NCBI GenBank assembly: GCA_964187785.1
Contig: OZ076419.1
Coordinates: 42,470,001 to 42,534,000, forward strand
Source: Amphiscolops sp. MND2022
Taxonomy: Eukaryota
Length of the DNA: 64,000 bases
Direction: 5' to 3'
The notes beneath the pieces were generated by a model. It was not told where the DNA came from. It worked only from the letters and a program-made list of their open reading frames with translations, and ran no database searches. Below, one piece after another: positions 11,501 through 25,272 of the stretch. The position numbers were made by a program, and so were the translations under genes. How positions within the stretch are numbered: position 1 is the first letter of the stretch; each line of letters opens with the position of its first letter.

Positions 11501-14500
11501 GTACAGATTTTAGTCTATTTAGGGGAACCCAGCGGTAGCGGGTTCGAGTCCATGCTTCAGCCAGAAACTTTTTCGAGCATTTGCGAAACCGTTCCCGTCT
11601 TGTTCGTATTATTTTGTGATCAAATTTTGCTTTTATTTTGATATGTTTCGTTCCAGTCCACTGCTCTGCATTAAATTGAATCAAATTGATACAAACGAAT
11701 AATGAAGTTGTTGACGATGAAAATACGATGAATCGTTGTAACTGTTAGTACTGGGTTAACTTTACTGCTCTGTTTCTTTATGAATTCCTAGACGAAAGTG
11801 ATTCCGAATCAAGAAATGAGTAGTCAGTTTAGGCTTTAGCAATGGTTCATGAGAAGAGACAAAAGGCTTGAAAGTGGTTGTAAGGTAGTAACCGTGTAGT
11901 AACTAGTCAGACTTTTCACTAATTAGTCACTTGTGACGCCTTTCTTTTTTGGCAAATTGCGTGTCACGTTTGGTTGGTGAGACTGTTTTGTTACCCACCG
12001 TCTCTTCTCATTGGTTCGTTCAGCGGGTGTTAATGAGTAGCGTGTGACTACTTAATTCGCAATTTGCCGTTGGATAGCCATAACATAAATACTAAATACT
12101 CATAAAACATTAATTTATACTTTCAATTTCTACCAGCACAGCATTTCAATACCATGACGATTTAAAAGCAAAAAGCTTTCAGACCAAGTATAAATAATAT
12201 TTACATTCGTACGACAAATGTGGCACTGATGCCTCAACGCTGAACTAGTGTATATCATTTTCAATCTAGCACAATTACTTTTTATAGATGAATTTAAGAT
12301 GAAGTTTCCTCAATTCCCTGACAAGCAAATTTACGCGGGTTGCGTCAGAGTAGCTTTCTACCAAGTTCTTCTTTGAGTGATATATAATCGATGCTTTTGC
12401 CGGTAAGGAAGTGAGAACGGATGGATGATAAAATTGATGAATAATATTGACGTAAGAAATGAAATCAACCTATTGATTGTTAAAATAAGTCATTTCCGCA
12501 TATGGATATACTAAGTCAAAGCAAATACAAATCAGCAGATGGATTTACGATGAAAGCATTTGAGTTCACAGTAATATCATTAGCAACATTCAGAATGATT
12601 TTAGAGACTATGTAAAAGGATGAGTTTTGCGTTACTACGCAATAGTTTTCAATCAGTACAACCAATACGATGAATTTATGACGGAATGTCACGACAGTTT
12701 CGCTCTGAGGCGGGAGCTTGCTGTACCCACAGAATAATTCATCCTTTTTACATACGTCGGTACAGTTTTGACCGGAAACTACTCTCTCTTTTATCGTAAC
12801 ACGCCATTATTATCAATTAGCACTCGATCTTCGCATGATCATTAGCGGACACGGGAACTAGAGGCTCATAGATAAACAAATAAATGGATAACTCAAACTC
12901 AGGGGGCCGGGATTAAGTACAACAAAACGTAGAGTTGCGCACAACCGTAGATCTTTTTATATGACTTCATATTGCGCATAAGCAAGTACGTATAACATAG
13001 CATTTGTACTACAGATAGTAGTAGATTACATTTCCATCATGCTGGCGTTGCACGTCTTGAGCATATTTTGAACATTTTCCGCTTTTTGAGCCTTAGGTAT
13101 AGCGCCGACTTGAGACGTTCCGACTGTTCATCATTTATGATGCTAATTTTGTCTATTTGTTTCAGCTGGATCATGCGGTTTCGTGACGTCGTGCGAGAAC
13201 GCTTTGCATTCTTCCGCTCAATTTCGAGAGGTGATGGTCAAAGGTTCGTTCTTTTGTGAAGGTCTTTTTCTTCCCACTTTTTGAGTGTGATTTTCTCTGC
13301 TTCTTCCATACAAGTGATTGCATGTTCTTTGTCACAGGCTCTGGATTACCCACAAACTTTATGCTTCTCAAAACTGTTAGGCTCATGTGAACTTTCATTG
13401 AAAAGTGATAATCTATCGGTCCACTGTGTAAGAAAGGTACTTTTGTGTTGTTTATGCACCCTGATGTGCTGATTATTGACAAACCTGTTTGATTGTTAGG
13501 ATTAAATGTTACTTCTTCACCTTATATGTGAAGAAAGATCTGTTTCGATTCTCATTACTGCTGCCAACAATTCTAATACTTTTTTATCGTATTTCGTGTC
13601 CGCATAGTTCAAGAATCAGCTTGTGAATACAATTTGTGGTAAATGTTTGACCTTTTGTTTCTGTCCTAAAATGTCTGTTCTTTTGAGTCTATTGGTGCTC
13701 ACTTCACACAAACGTCACAAAAAACTTGCTCATGGTGGAAAAGTGCGCTCGATTATTTCTGAAGTCTGATTATAGTTCGTCAAGATCCGATTGTTTGTTT
13801 TCATTACAGTCCCGTTTTTTTATTTCTTTTCCGAGTAGGTTCCGCATGTTGTCCGTTTTGCTCGAAAGGTTTTCTAGTTGTTTCAATGGGTGTTGGTTAG
13901 CTCCTAGGAAAACTATTAGTTATTTTTGGTTCTTAGGGGGTTGATTTTTGTTAGGGTGTCGACGTTTGCTTCCGTCGGCTTTATAGTGCTCGTTTATAAT
14001 GTAACCGTACTGACAACCCATGGTAATTACCCACCAGTGGCCATCGGTGGACCACCGGTGAGAGAAAATTAGATTGGATCGAAGCTTTCCCACCACTATA
14101 GCCCAGCCCATTGGCTTCTTTCAGGAAGAAGTCTGTTTTCTTCGTGCTCGCTCGGTATCCGGTATTTTGTAACTTTATGAGTATCCTATTCGGCTCTTTT
14201 TATGGTCATCAGCTGATAGTGTTATTGGTAATATGCCATCTGGCCATGCCAGTTTCCAAAACTTAGCGTTTCGTTCGCATTTTCGGGGAAGATCGGATGC
14301 AGATAAATTACGTTTCATGAAGGCAGTTGTTTAGTGCAGCTCCATTCCCTCATATTTTGGCCATTGCGGCATTTTCACGTAGAACAGTTGCAAATGGTTC
14401 ACCTGTGATATTTTTAGTTGGCGCTTTTTCTAAGGGAAAAATGTTCGACTATCACAGTGGCTAGTTTTTTCTTTTTCACAGAACTCACCCTGTATGTACC

Positions 14501-17500
14501 ACTTTTTATTACAGATTTTAGTCTATTTAGGGGAACCCAGCGGTAGCGGGTTCGAGTCCATGCTTCAGCAAGAAACTTTTTCGAGCATTTGCGAAACCGT
14601 TCCCGTCTTGTTCGTATTAATTTGTGATCAAATTTTGCTTTTATTTTGATATGCTTCGTTCCAGTCCACTGCTCTGCATTAAATTGAATCAAATTGTTAC
14701 AAACGAATAATGAAGTTGTTGACGATGAAAATACGATGAATCGTTGTAACTGTTAGTACTGGGTTAACTTTACTGCTCTATTTCTTTATGAATTCCTAGA
14801 CGAAAGTGATTCCGAATCAAGAAATGAGTAGTCAGTTTAGGCTTTAGCAATGGTTCATGAGAAGAGACAAAAGGCTTGAAAGTGGTTGTAAGGTAGTAAC
14901 CGTGTAGTAACTAGTCAGACTTTTTCACTAATTAGTCACTTGTGACGCCTTTCTTTTTTAGCAAATTGCGTGTCACGCTTGGTTGGTGAGACTGTATTGC
15001 TACCCACCGTCTCTTCTCATTGGTTCGTTCAGCGGGTGTTAATGAGTAGCGTGTGACTACTCAATTCGCAATTTGCCGTTGGATAGCCATAACATAAACA
15101 CTAAATATTCATAAAACATTAATTTATACTTTCAATTTCTACCAGCACAGCATTTCAATACCATGACGATTTAAATGTGAAAAGCTTTCAGACCAAGTAT
15201 AAACAATATTTACATTCGTACGACAAAATGTGGCTCTGATGCCTCAACGCTGAACTAGTGTGTATCATTTTCAATCTAGCACAATTATTTTTTTATAGAT
15301 GAGTTTAAGATGAAGTTTCCTCAATTCCCTGACAAGCAAATTTACGCGGGTTGCGTCAGAGTAGCCTTCTACCAAGTTCTTCTTTGAGTGATATATAATC
15401 GATGCTTTTGCCGGTAAGGAAGTGAGGAAATTGATGAATAATATTGACGTAAGAAATGAAATCAACCTATTGATTGTTAAAATAAGTCATATCCGCATAT
15501 GGATATACTAAGTCAAAGCAAATTCAAATCAGCAGATGGATTTACGATGAAAGCATTTGAGTTCACAGTAATATCATTAGCAACATTCAGAATGATTTTA
15601 GGGACTATGTAAAAGGATGAGTTTTGCGTTACTACGCAATAGTTTTCAATCAGTACAACCAATACGATGAATTTATGACGGAATATCAGGACAGTTTCGC
15701 TCTGAGGCGGGAGCTTGCTGTACCCACAGAATAATTCATCCTTTTTACATACGTCGGTACTGTTTTGACCGGAAACTACTCTCTCTTTTATCGTAACACG
15801 CCATTATTATCAATTAGCACTCGATCTTCGCATGATCATTAGCGGACACGGGAACTAGAGGCTCATAGATAAACAAATAAATGGATAACTCAAACTCAGG
15901 GGGCCGGGATTAAGTACAACAAAACGTAGAGTTGCGCACAACCGTAGATCTTTTTATATGACTTCATATTGCGCATAAGCAAGTACGTATAACATAGCAT
16001 TTGTACTACAGATAGTAGTAGATTACATTTCCATCATGCTGGCGTTGCACGTCTTGAGCATATTTTGAACATTTTCCGCTTTTTGAGCCTTAGGTATAGC
16101 GCCGACTTGAGACGTTCCGACTGTTCATCATTTATGATGCTAATTTTGTCTATTTGTTTCAGCTGGATCATGCGGTTTCGTGACGTCGTGCGAGAACGCT
16201 TTGCATTCTTCCGCTCAATTTCGAGAGGTGATGGTCAAAGGTTCGTTCTTTTGTGAAGGTCTTTTTCTTCCCACTTTTTGAGTGTGATTTTCTCTGCTTC
16301 TTCCATACAAGTGATTGCATGTTCTTTGTCACAGGCTCTGGATTACCCACAAACTTTATGCTTCTCAAAACTGTTAGGCTCATGTGAACTTTCATTGAAA
16401 AGTGATAATCTATCGGTCCACTGTGTAAGAAAGGTACTTTTGTGTTGTTTATGCACCCTGATGTGCTGATTATTGACAAAACTGTTTGATTGTTAGGATT
16501 AAATATTACTTCTTCACCGTATATGTGAAGATAGATCTATTTCGATTCTCATTACTGCTGCCAACAATTCTAAGACATTTTTATCGTATTTCGTGTCCGC
16601 ATAGTTCAAGAATCAGCTTGTGAATACAATTTGTGGTAAATGTTTGACCTTTTGTTTCTGTCCTAAAATGTCTGTCCTTTTGAGTCTATTGGTGCTCACT
16701 TCACACAAACGTCACAACAAACTTGCTCATGGTGGAAAAGTGCGCTCGATTATTTCTGAAGTCTGATTATAGTTCGTCAAGATCCGATTGTTTGTTTTCA
16801 TTACAGTCCCGTTTTTTTTCTTTTCCGAGTAGGTTCCGCATGTTGTCCGTTTTGCTCGAAAGGTTTTCTAGTTGTTTCAATGGGTGTTGGTTAGCTCCTA
16901 GGAAAACTATTAGTTCTTTTTGGTTCTTAGGGGGTTGATTTTTGTTAGGGTGCCGACGTTTGCTTCCGTCGGTTTTATAGTGCTCGTTTATAATGTAACC
17001 GTACTGACAACTCATGGTAATTACCCACCAGTGGCCATCTGTGGACCACCGGTGAGGGAAAATTAGATTGGATCGAAGCTTTCCCACCACTATAGCCCAG
17101 TCTATTGGCTTCTTTCAGGAAGAAGTCTGTTTTCTTCGTGCTCGCTCGGTAACCGGTATTTTGTAACTTTATGAGTATCCTATTCGGCTCTTTTTATGGT
17201 CATCAGCTGATAGTGTTATTGGTAATATGCCATCTGGCCACGCCAGTTTCCAAAACTTAGCGTTTCGTTCGCATTTTCGGGGAAGATCGGATGCAGATAA
17301 ATTACGTTTCAAGAAGGCAGTTGTTTAGTGCAGCTCATTCCCTCATATTTTGGCCATTGCGGCATTTTCACGTAGAACAGTTGCAAATGGTTCACCGGTG
17401 ATTTTTTTTGGTGGCGCTTTTTCTAAGAGAAAAATGTTCGACTATTACAGTGGCTAGTTTTTTCTTTTTCACAGAACTCACCCTGTATGTACCACTTTTT

Positions 17501-20500
17501 AGTACAGATTTTAGTCTATTTAGGTGAACCCAGCGGTAGCGGGTTCGAGTCCATGCTTCAGCCAGAAATTTTTTCGAGCATTTGCGAAACCGTTCCCGTC
17601 TTGTTCGTATTATTTTCTGATCAAATTTTGCTTTAGTTTTGATATGCTTCGTTCCAGTCCACTGCTCTGCATCGAATTGAATCAAATTGTTACAAACGAA
17701 TAATGAAGTTGTTGACGATGAAAATACGATGAATCGTTGTAATTGTTAGTACTGGGTTAACTTTACTGCTCTATTTCTTTATGAATTCCTAGACGAAAGT
17801 GATTCCGAATCAAGAAATGAGTAGTCAGTTTAGGCTTTAGCAATGGTTCATGAGAAGAGAAAAAAGGCTTGAAAGTGGTTGTAAGGTAGTAACCGTGTAG
17901 TAACTAGTCAGACTTTTTCACTAATTAGTCACTTGTGACGCCTTTCTTTTTTGTCAAATTGCGTGTCACGTTTGGTTGGTGAGACTGTATTGTTACCCAC
18001 CGTCTCTTCTCATTGGTTCGTTCAGCGGGTGTTAATGAGTAGCGTGTGACTACTTAATTCGCAATTTGCCGTTGGATAGCCATAACATAAATACTAAATA
18101 TTCATAAAACATTAATTTATACTTTCAATTTCTACCAGCACAGCAGTTCAATACCATGACGATTTAAAAGCGAAAAGCTTTCAGACAAAGTATAAACAAT
18201 ATTTACATTCGTACGACAAAATGTGGCACTGATGCCTCAACGCTGAACCAGTGTATATCATTTTCAATCTAGCACAATTATTTTTTGTAGATGAATTTAA
18301 GATGAAGTTTCCTCAATTCCCTGACAAGCAAATTTACGCAGGTTGCGTCAGAGTAGTTTTCTACCAAGTTCTTCTTTGAGTGATATATAATCGATGCTTT
18401 TGCCGGTAAGGAAGTGAGAACGGATGGATGATGAAATTGATGAATATTATTGACGTAAGAAATGAAATCAACCTATTGATTTTTAAAATGAGTCATATCC
18501 GCATATGGATTTACTAAGTCAAAGCAAATACAAATCAGCAGATGGATTTACGATGAAAGCATTTGAGTTCACAGTAATATCATTAGCAACATTCAGATTG
18601 ATTTTAGGGACGATGTAAAAGGATGAGTTTTGCGTTACTACGCAATAGTTTTCAATCAGTACAACCAATACGATGAATGTATGACGGAATGTCACGACAG
18701 TTTCGCTCGGAGGCGGGAGCTTGCTGTACCCACAGGATAGTTCATCCTTTTTACATACGTCGGTACAGTTTTGACCGGAAACTACTCTCTCTTTTATCGT
18801 AACACGCCATTATTATCAATTAGCACTCGATCTTCGCATGATCATTAGCGGACACGGGAACTAGAGGCTCATAGATAAACAAATAAATGGATAACTCAAA
18901 CTCAGGACGCAGATAGTAGTAGATTACATTTCCATCATGCTGGCGTTGCACGTCCTGAACATATTTTGAAAATTTTGCGCTTTTTGAGCCTTAGGTATAG
19001 CGCCGACTTGAGACGTTCCGACTGTTCATCATTTATGATGCTAATTTTGTCTATTTGTTTCAGCTGGATCATGCGGTTTCATGACGTCGTGCGAGAACGC
19101 TTTGCTTTCTTCCGCTCAATTTCGAGAGGTGATGGTCAAAGGTTCGTTCTTTTATGAAGGTCTTTTTCTTCCCACTTTTTGAGTGTGATTTTCTCTACTT
19201 CTTCCATACAAGTGATTGCATGTTCTTTGTCACAGGCTCTGGATTACCTACAAATTTTATGCTTCTCAAAACTGTTAGGCTCATGTGAACTTTCATTGAA
19301 AAGTGATAATCTATCGGTCCACTGTGTAAGAAAGGTACTTTTGTGTTGTTTATGCACCCTGATGTGCTGATTATTGACAAAACTGTTGGATTGTTAGGCT
19401 CAAATATTACTTCTTCACCGTATATGTGAAGATAGATCTGTTTCGATTCTCATTACTGCTGCCAACAATTCTAATACATTTTTATCGTATTTCGTTTCCG
19501 CATAGTTTAAGAATCAGCTTGTGAATACAATTTGTGGTAAATGTTTGACCTTTTGTTTCTGTCCTAAAATGTCTGTCCTTTTGAGTCTATTGGTGCTGAC
19601 TTCACACAAACGTCACAAAAAACTTGCTCATGGTGGAAAAGTGCGCTCGATTATTTCTGAAGTCTGATTATAGTTCGTCAAGATCCGATTGTTTGTTTCC
19701 ATTACAGTCCCGTTTCTTAATTTCTTTTCCGAGTAGGTTCCGCATGTTGTCCGTTTTGCTCGAAAGGTTTTCTAGTTGTTTCAATGGGTGTTGGTTAGCT
19801 CCTAGGAAAACTATTAGTTCTTTTTGGTTCTTAGGGGGTTGATTTTTGTTAGGGTGCCGACGTTTGCTTCCGTCGGTTTTATAGTGCTCGTTTATAATGT
19901 AACCGCACTGACAACTCATGGTAATTACCCACCAGTGGCCATCGGTGGACCACCGGTGAGGGAAAATTAGATTGGATCGAAGCTTTCCCACCACTATAGC
20001 CCAGCCTATTGGCTTCATTCAGGAAGAAGTCTGTTTTCTTCGTGCTCGCTCGGTAACCAGTATTTTGTAACTTTATGAGTCTCCTATTCGGTTCTTTTTA
20101 TGGTCATCAGCTGATAGTGATATTGGTAATATACCATCTGGCCATGCCAGTTCCAAAACTTAGCGTTTCGTTCGCATTTTCGGGGAAGATCGGATGCAGA
20201 TAAATTACGTTTCAAGAAGGCAGTTGTTTAGTGCAGCTCCATTCCCTCATATTTTGGCCATTGCGGCATTTTCACGTAGAACAGTTGCAAATGGTTCACC
20301 TGTGATATTTTTAGTTGGCGCTTTTTCTAAGAGAAAAATGTTCGACTATTACAGTGACTAGTTTTTTCTTTTTCACAGAACTCACCCTGTATGTACCACT
20401 TTTTAGTACAGATTTTAGTCTATTCAGGGGAACCCAGCGGTAGCGGGTTCGAGTCCATGCTTCAGCCAGAAACTTTTTCGAGCATTTGCGAAACCGTTCC

Positions 20501-23500
20501 CGTCTTGTTCGTATTATTTTGTGATCAAATTTTGCTTTATTTTTGATATGTTTCGTTCCAGTCCACTGCTCTGCATTAAATTGAATCAAATTGTTACAAA
20601 CGAATAATGAAGTTGTTGACGATGAAAATACGATGAATCGTTGTAATTGTTAGTACTGGGTTAACTTTACTGCTCTATTTCTTTATGAATTCCTAGACGA
20701 AAGTGATTCCGAATCAAGAAATGAGTAGTCAGTTTAGGCTTTAGCAATGGTTCATGAGAAGAGAAAAAAGGCTTGAAAGTGGTTGTAAGGTAGTAACCGT
20801 GTAGTAACTAGTCAGACTTTTTCACTAATTAGTCACTTGTGACGCCTTTTTTTTTGGCAAATTGCGTGTCACGCTTGGTTGGTGAGACTGTATTGTTACC
20901 CACCGTCTCTTCTCATTGGTTCGTTCAGCGGGTGTTAATGAGTAGCGTGTGACTACTTAATTCGCAATTTGCCGTTGGATAGCCATAACATAAATACTAA
21001 ATATTCATAAAACATTAATTTATACTTTCAATTTCTACCATCACAGCATTTCAATACCATGACGATATAAAAGCGAAAAGCTTTCAGACCAAGTATAAAC
21101 AATATTTACATTCGTACGACAAAATGTGGCACTGATGCCTCAACGCTGAACTAGGGTATATCATTTTCAATCTAGCACAATTACTTTTTTATAGATGAAT
21201 TTAAGATGAAGTTTCCTCAATTCCCTGACAAGCAAATTTACGCGGGTTGCGTCAGAGTAGCTTTCTACCAAGTTCTTCTTTGAGTGATATATAATCGATG
21301 CTTTTGCCGGTAAGGAAGTGAGAACGGATGGATGATGAAATTGATGAATAATATTGACGTACGAAATGAAATCAACCTATTGATTGTTAAAATAAGTCAT
21401 ATCCGCATATGGATATACTAAGTCAAAGCAAATACAAATCAGCAGATGGATTTACGATGAAAGCATTTAAGTTCACAGTAATATCCTTAGCAACATTCAG
21501 AATGATTTTAGGGACGATGTAAAAGGATGAGTTTTGCGTTACTACGCAATAGTTTTCAATCAGTACAACCAATAGGATGAATTTTTGACGGAATGTCACG
21601 ACAGTTTCGTTTTGAGGCGGGAGCTTGCTGTACCCACAGGATAATTCATCCTTTTTACATACGTCGGTACAGTTTTGACCGGAAACTACTCTTTCTTTTA
21701 TCGTAACACGCCATTATTATCAATTAGCACTCGATCTTCGCATGATCATTAGCGGACACGGGAACTAGAGGCTCATAGATAAACAATAAATGGATAACTC
21801 AAACTCAGGGGGCGGGATTAAGTAAAACAAAACGTAGAGTTGCGCACAACCGTAGATCTTTTTATATGACTTCATATTGCGCACAAGCAAGTACGTATAA
21901 CATAGCATTTGTACTACAGATAGTAGTAGATTACATTTCCATCATGCTGGCGTTGCACGTCTTGAGCATATTTTGAACATTTTCCGCTTTTTGAGCCTTA
22001 GGTATAGCGCCGACTTGAGACGTTCCGACTGTTCATCATTTATGATGCTAATTTTGTCTATTTGTTTCAGTTGGATCATGCGGTTTCATGACGTCGTGCG
22101 AGAACGCTTTGCTTTCTTCCGCTCAATTTCGAGAGGTGATAGTCAAAGGTTCGTTCTTTTATGAAGGTCTTTTTCTTCCCACTTTTTGAGTGTGATTTTC
22201 TCTACTTCTTCTATACAAGTGATTGCATGTTCTTTGTCACAGGCTCTGGATTACCCACAAACTTTATGCTTCTCAAAACTGTTAGGCTCATGTGAACTTT
22301 CATTGAAAAGTGATAATCTATCGGTCCACTGTGTAAGAAAGGTACTTTTGTGTTGTTTATGCACCCTGATGTGCTGATTATTGACAAAACTGTTTGATTG
22401 TTAGGATTAAATATTACTTCTTCACCGTATATGTGAAGATAGATCTGTTTCGATTCTCATTACTGCTACCAACAATTCTAATACATTTTTATCGTATTTC
22501 GTGTCCGCATAGTTCAAGAATCAGCTTGTGAATACAATTTGTGATAAATGTTTGACCTTTTGTTTCTGTCCTAAAATGTCTGTCCTTTTGAGTCTATTGG
22601 TGCTCACTTCACACAAACGTCACAAAAAACTTGCTCATGGTGGAAAAGTGCGCTCGATTATTTCTGAAGTCTGAATATAGTTCGTCAAGATCCGATTGTT
22701 TGTTTTCATTACAGTCCCGTTTTTTTATTTCTTTTCCGAGTAGGTTCCTCATGTTGTCCGTTTTGCTCGAAAGGTTTTCTAGTTGTTTCAATGGGTGTTG
22801 GTTAGCTCCTAGGAAAACTATTAGTTCTTTTTGGTTCTTAGGGGGTTGATTTTTGTTAGGGTGCCGACGTTTGCTTCCGTCGGTTTTATAGTGCTCGTTT
22901 ATAATGTAACCGCACTGACAACCCATGGTAATTACCCACCAGTGGCCATCGGTGGACCACCGGTGAGGGAAAATTAGATTGGATCGAAGCTTTCCCACCA
23001 CTATAGCCCAGCCTATTGGCTTCTTTCAGGAAGGAGTCTGTTTTCTTCGTGCTCGCTCGGTAACCAGTATTTTGTAACTTTATGAGTATCCTATTCGGCT
23101 CTTTTTATGGTCATCAGCTGATAGTGTTATTGGTAATATGCCATCTGGCCATGCCAGTTTCCAAAACTTAGCGTTTCGTTCGCATTTTCGGGGAAGATCG
23201 GATGCAGATAAATTACGTTTCAAGAAGGCAGTTGTTTAGTGCAGCTCATTCCCTCATATTTTGGCCATTGCGGCATTTTCACGTAGAACAGTTGCAAATG
23301 GTTCACCGGTGATATTTTTAGTTGGCGCTTTTTCTAAGAGAAAAATGTTCGACTATTACAGTGGCTAGTTTTTTCTTTTTCACAGAACTCACCCTGTATG
23401 TACCACTTTTTACTACAGATTTTAGTCCCTTTAGGGGAACCCAGCGGTAGCGGATTCGAGTCCATGCTTCAGCCAGAAACTTTTTCGAGCATTTGCGAAA

Positions 23501-24493
23501 CCGTTCCCGTCTTGTTCGTATTATTTCGACTTATCAGTGTTTGGAAATGTGAATATCTTGGCAAGATACCGGGCTGGAATAAAACGTACCTGAAATGCAT
23601 AAAAATTGGCTGTCATACAACAGGGTACCGAAACGTTCTTGGCTTTGTGAACTCCTAAGCATTTAAAACTCTTGGATGAGATCCTCAGGAACAAAATGTT
23701 AGAATTTTTTATAACTTCTCACTATTATTTGGAAAAAGCATGAAAATTGTATGAAGAACAAGTCTTTTTTTCATCCTTTTTCCCCGCTTCGAAAAATTTC
23801 GAGAAGCCCATCACTTGTTTGGTATCCTAGAGTACATGTCTCAAGTTTTCTAACTATTGCCATCAGCTGATGACTGGATTCTTTGCCTTTTTCCTGTAAA
23901 AGCTTTCTCGAATCAACAATCGGTCTTTTTTGTCATGAATGTCTACTTAGAACATACTTGGCCATCATTTCTGACTCACTATTCAGTCAATCTTTTTCAA
24001 GATTTTTATACATGTAATTTTGAAGAAGTCTAAGTTTTTCTAAGATTTCTCAATGATTTCTAATTCAAAACATATCAGGCGCTTCGGTCAAGTCATAGTG
24101 GTCGATTGAATTTGACATTTCGCAAACAAAATTGAGCAAAGTAGACCAAAAGTGAGAAAAACCTCAAAACTAAAAATGGCCTATCGTAACTGCTACAATT
24201 TTCTTTGCATAATTTTCAAATGAACATATTTGTAAACTATATAAAAGTCCAAGAAACCTTTAATTTCCCTATTTTTCACAAAATCGTTTTTGAGGTTCGC
24301 TTTATGTTGCTTTTCTAGAATCACTACTGTATATCGTGATTAGCAGATATGGGTCCGAAAAATTCAGGCAGCAAGATTTTTCAACTCCTCAGAAAAAGGA
24401 ACAAATCAGAGTTGCTGAGAATAAAGTTCAATCACGTTTGGTATCATTCAAGTTCAAAACCTTCTTTCCTGTAAATTGTCGTCAATTGGAAAA

Positions 24494-24743
24494 TCAGTCT
24501 GTTTTTTCTCTTTCACCAACAAAATACAACCCCACGGATTTGCCCAGTCTGAAGAAACTCCAAATGACCAGGGCGAAAACAGTCGACAGTATTAAACCAA
24601 TAGTCAACAGGAGTACGTGCATATCGAAACACCAGTTGACTAGTTTGGGGGTCGGTTTCACTTTTAAAGTGCCGTTCGCTGATTGTTCCACGATATCTGC
24701 TGCTCTTTCGAACCCTCCCAGTGACGTCATCAATTGTTTTGAC
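24494..24743 (-). CDS. UGT: UDP-glycosyltransferase, last exon (C-terminal helix, transmembrane segment, basic/acidic tail)
   Basis: Acceptor TTTCCAAG at 24744, phase 2. Encodes SKQLMTSLGGFERAADIVEQ, a hydrophobic segment VLLLTIGLILSTVFALVIWSFF, and ends REKTD-stop. Confidence 0.8.
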
Positions 24744-25064
24744 CTTGGAAACTCTTTTTTTTTCGATTCCGAAAAAACCTCAAACACATTAGGCATTTTG
24801 TTCGTTTTCTTTCTTTGATAACGGAATTTTCTATTTGGAATCCAAATTAAGCGAGCTCTACTAATGAAAAGATGACTGATCTTTTGCAGTAGATTCTTAA
24901 ATGAAGTTTCAAAAAGTTTCTTGAGAACGCCAATATTTTTGAAATTTTAGAATCGTGGTGAAAAAATGTTGATTTTTTTTTTCGAAAAAGCGGTGATTGA
25001 AAACTGTATATTTACCGATTTTGTTTTCATAAAAAGTTCTATAAAACATTCAAAAAAGAGCTGC

Positions 25065-25272
25065 CTTTTGAGATTGGCTTTCATTTCCCAGTACATCGAC
25101 AGTTCCAGGACCATCCCGACTTTTTTCCTGATCTCGGGGTAGGTCAATTCCCGCAATGGGAGAGCCAGGCTGTTTTTCACGAGCATCCTCGCATTCTGGG
25201 TCTGGTCTGCAAATCCAGGGAAAACTAGCATTGGCTTCTCCCCAAAAATGCCCTCCTGCATTGAGTTTGCTC
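25065..25272 (-). CDS. UGT: UDP-glycosyltransferase exon with the second half of the UDPGT signature
   Basis: Acceptor TTTTGTAG at 25273. Encodes GANSMQEGIFGEKPMLVFPGFADQTQNARML. Length 208 nt (phase 1 to phase 2) fits both neighbouring exons. Confidence 0.88.

Larger units (their letters stand above)
2692..23526. repeat. Tandem array of 7 complete ~2.9-3.0 kb units
   Basis: The landmark GATCAAATTTTGC recurs at 2696, 5599, 8608, 11618, 14626, 17619 and 20523 (spacings 2903, 3009, 3010, 3008, 2993, 2904). Similarity ends at ~23526, in the same phase as it begins. The ORF track repeats with the same period. Confidence 0.97.

Noticed and set aside
15271-15465. Signal-peptide-like 64-aa ORF
   Set aside because: It exists only because of the 14-bp deletion private to unit 5, and no recognisable domain follows.
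3901-23001. Recurrent 60-130 aa ORFs in every array unit as a tandem gene family
   Set aside because: They are antisense or off-frame readings of the decayed pol relic and mini-HINE, and they gain and lose stops freely between units.
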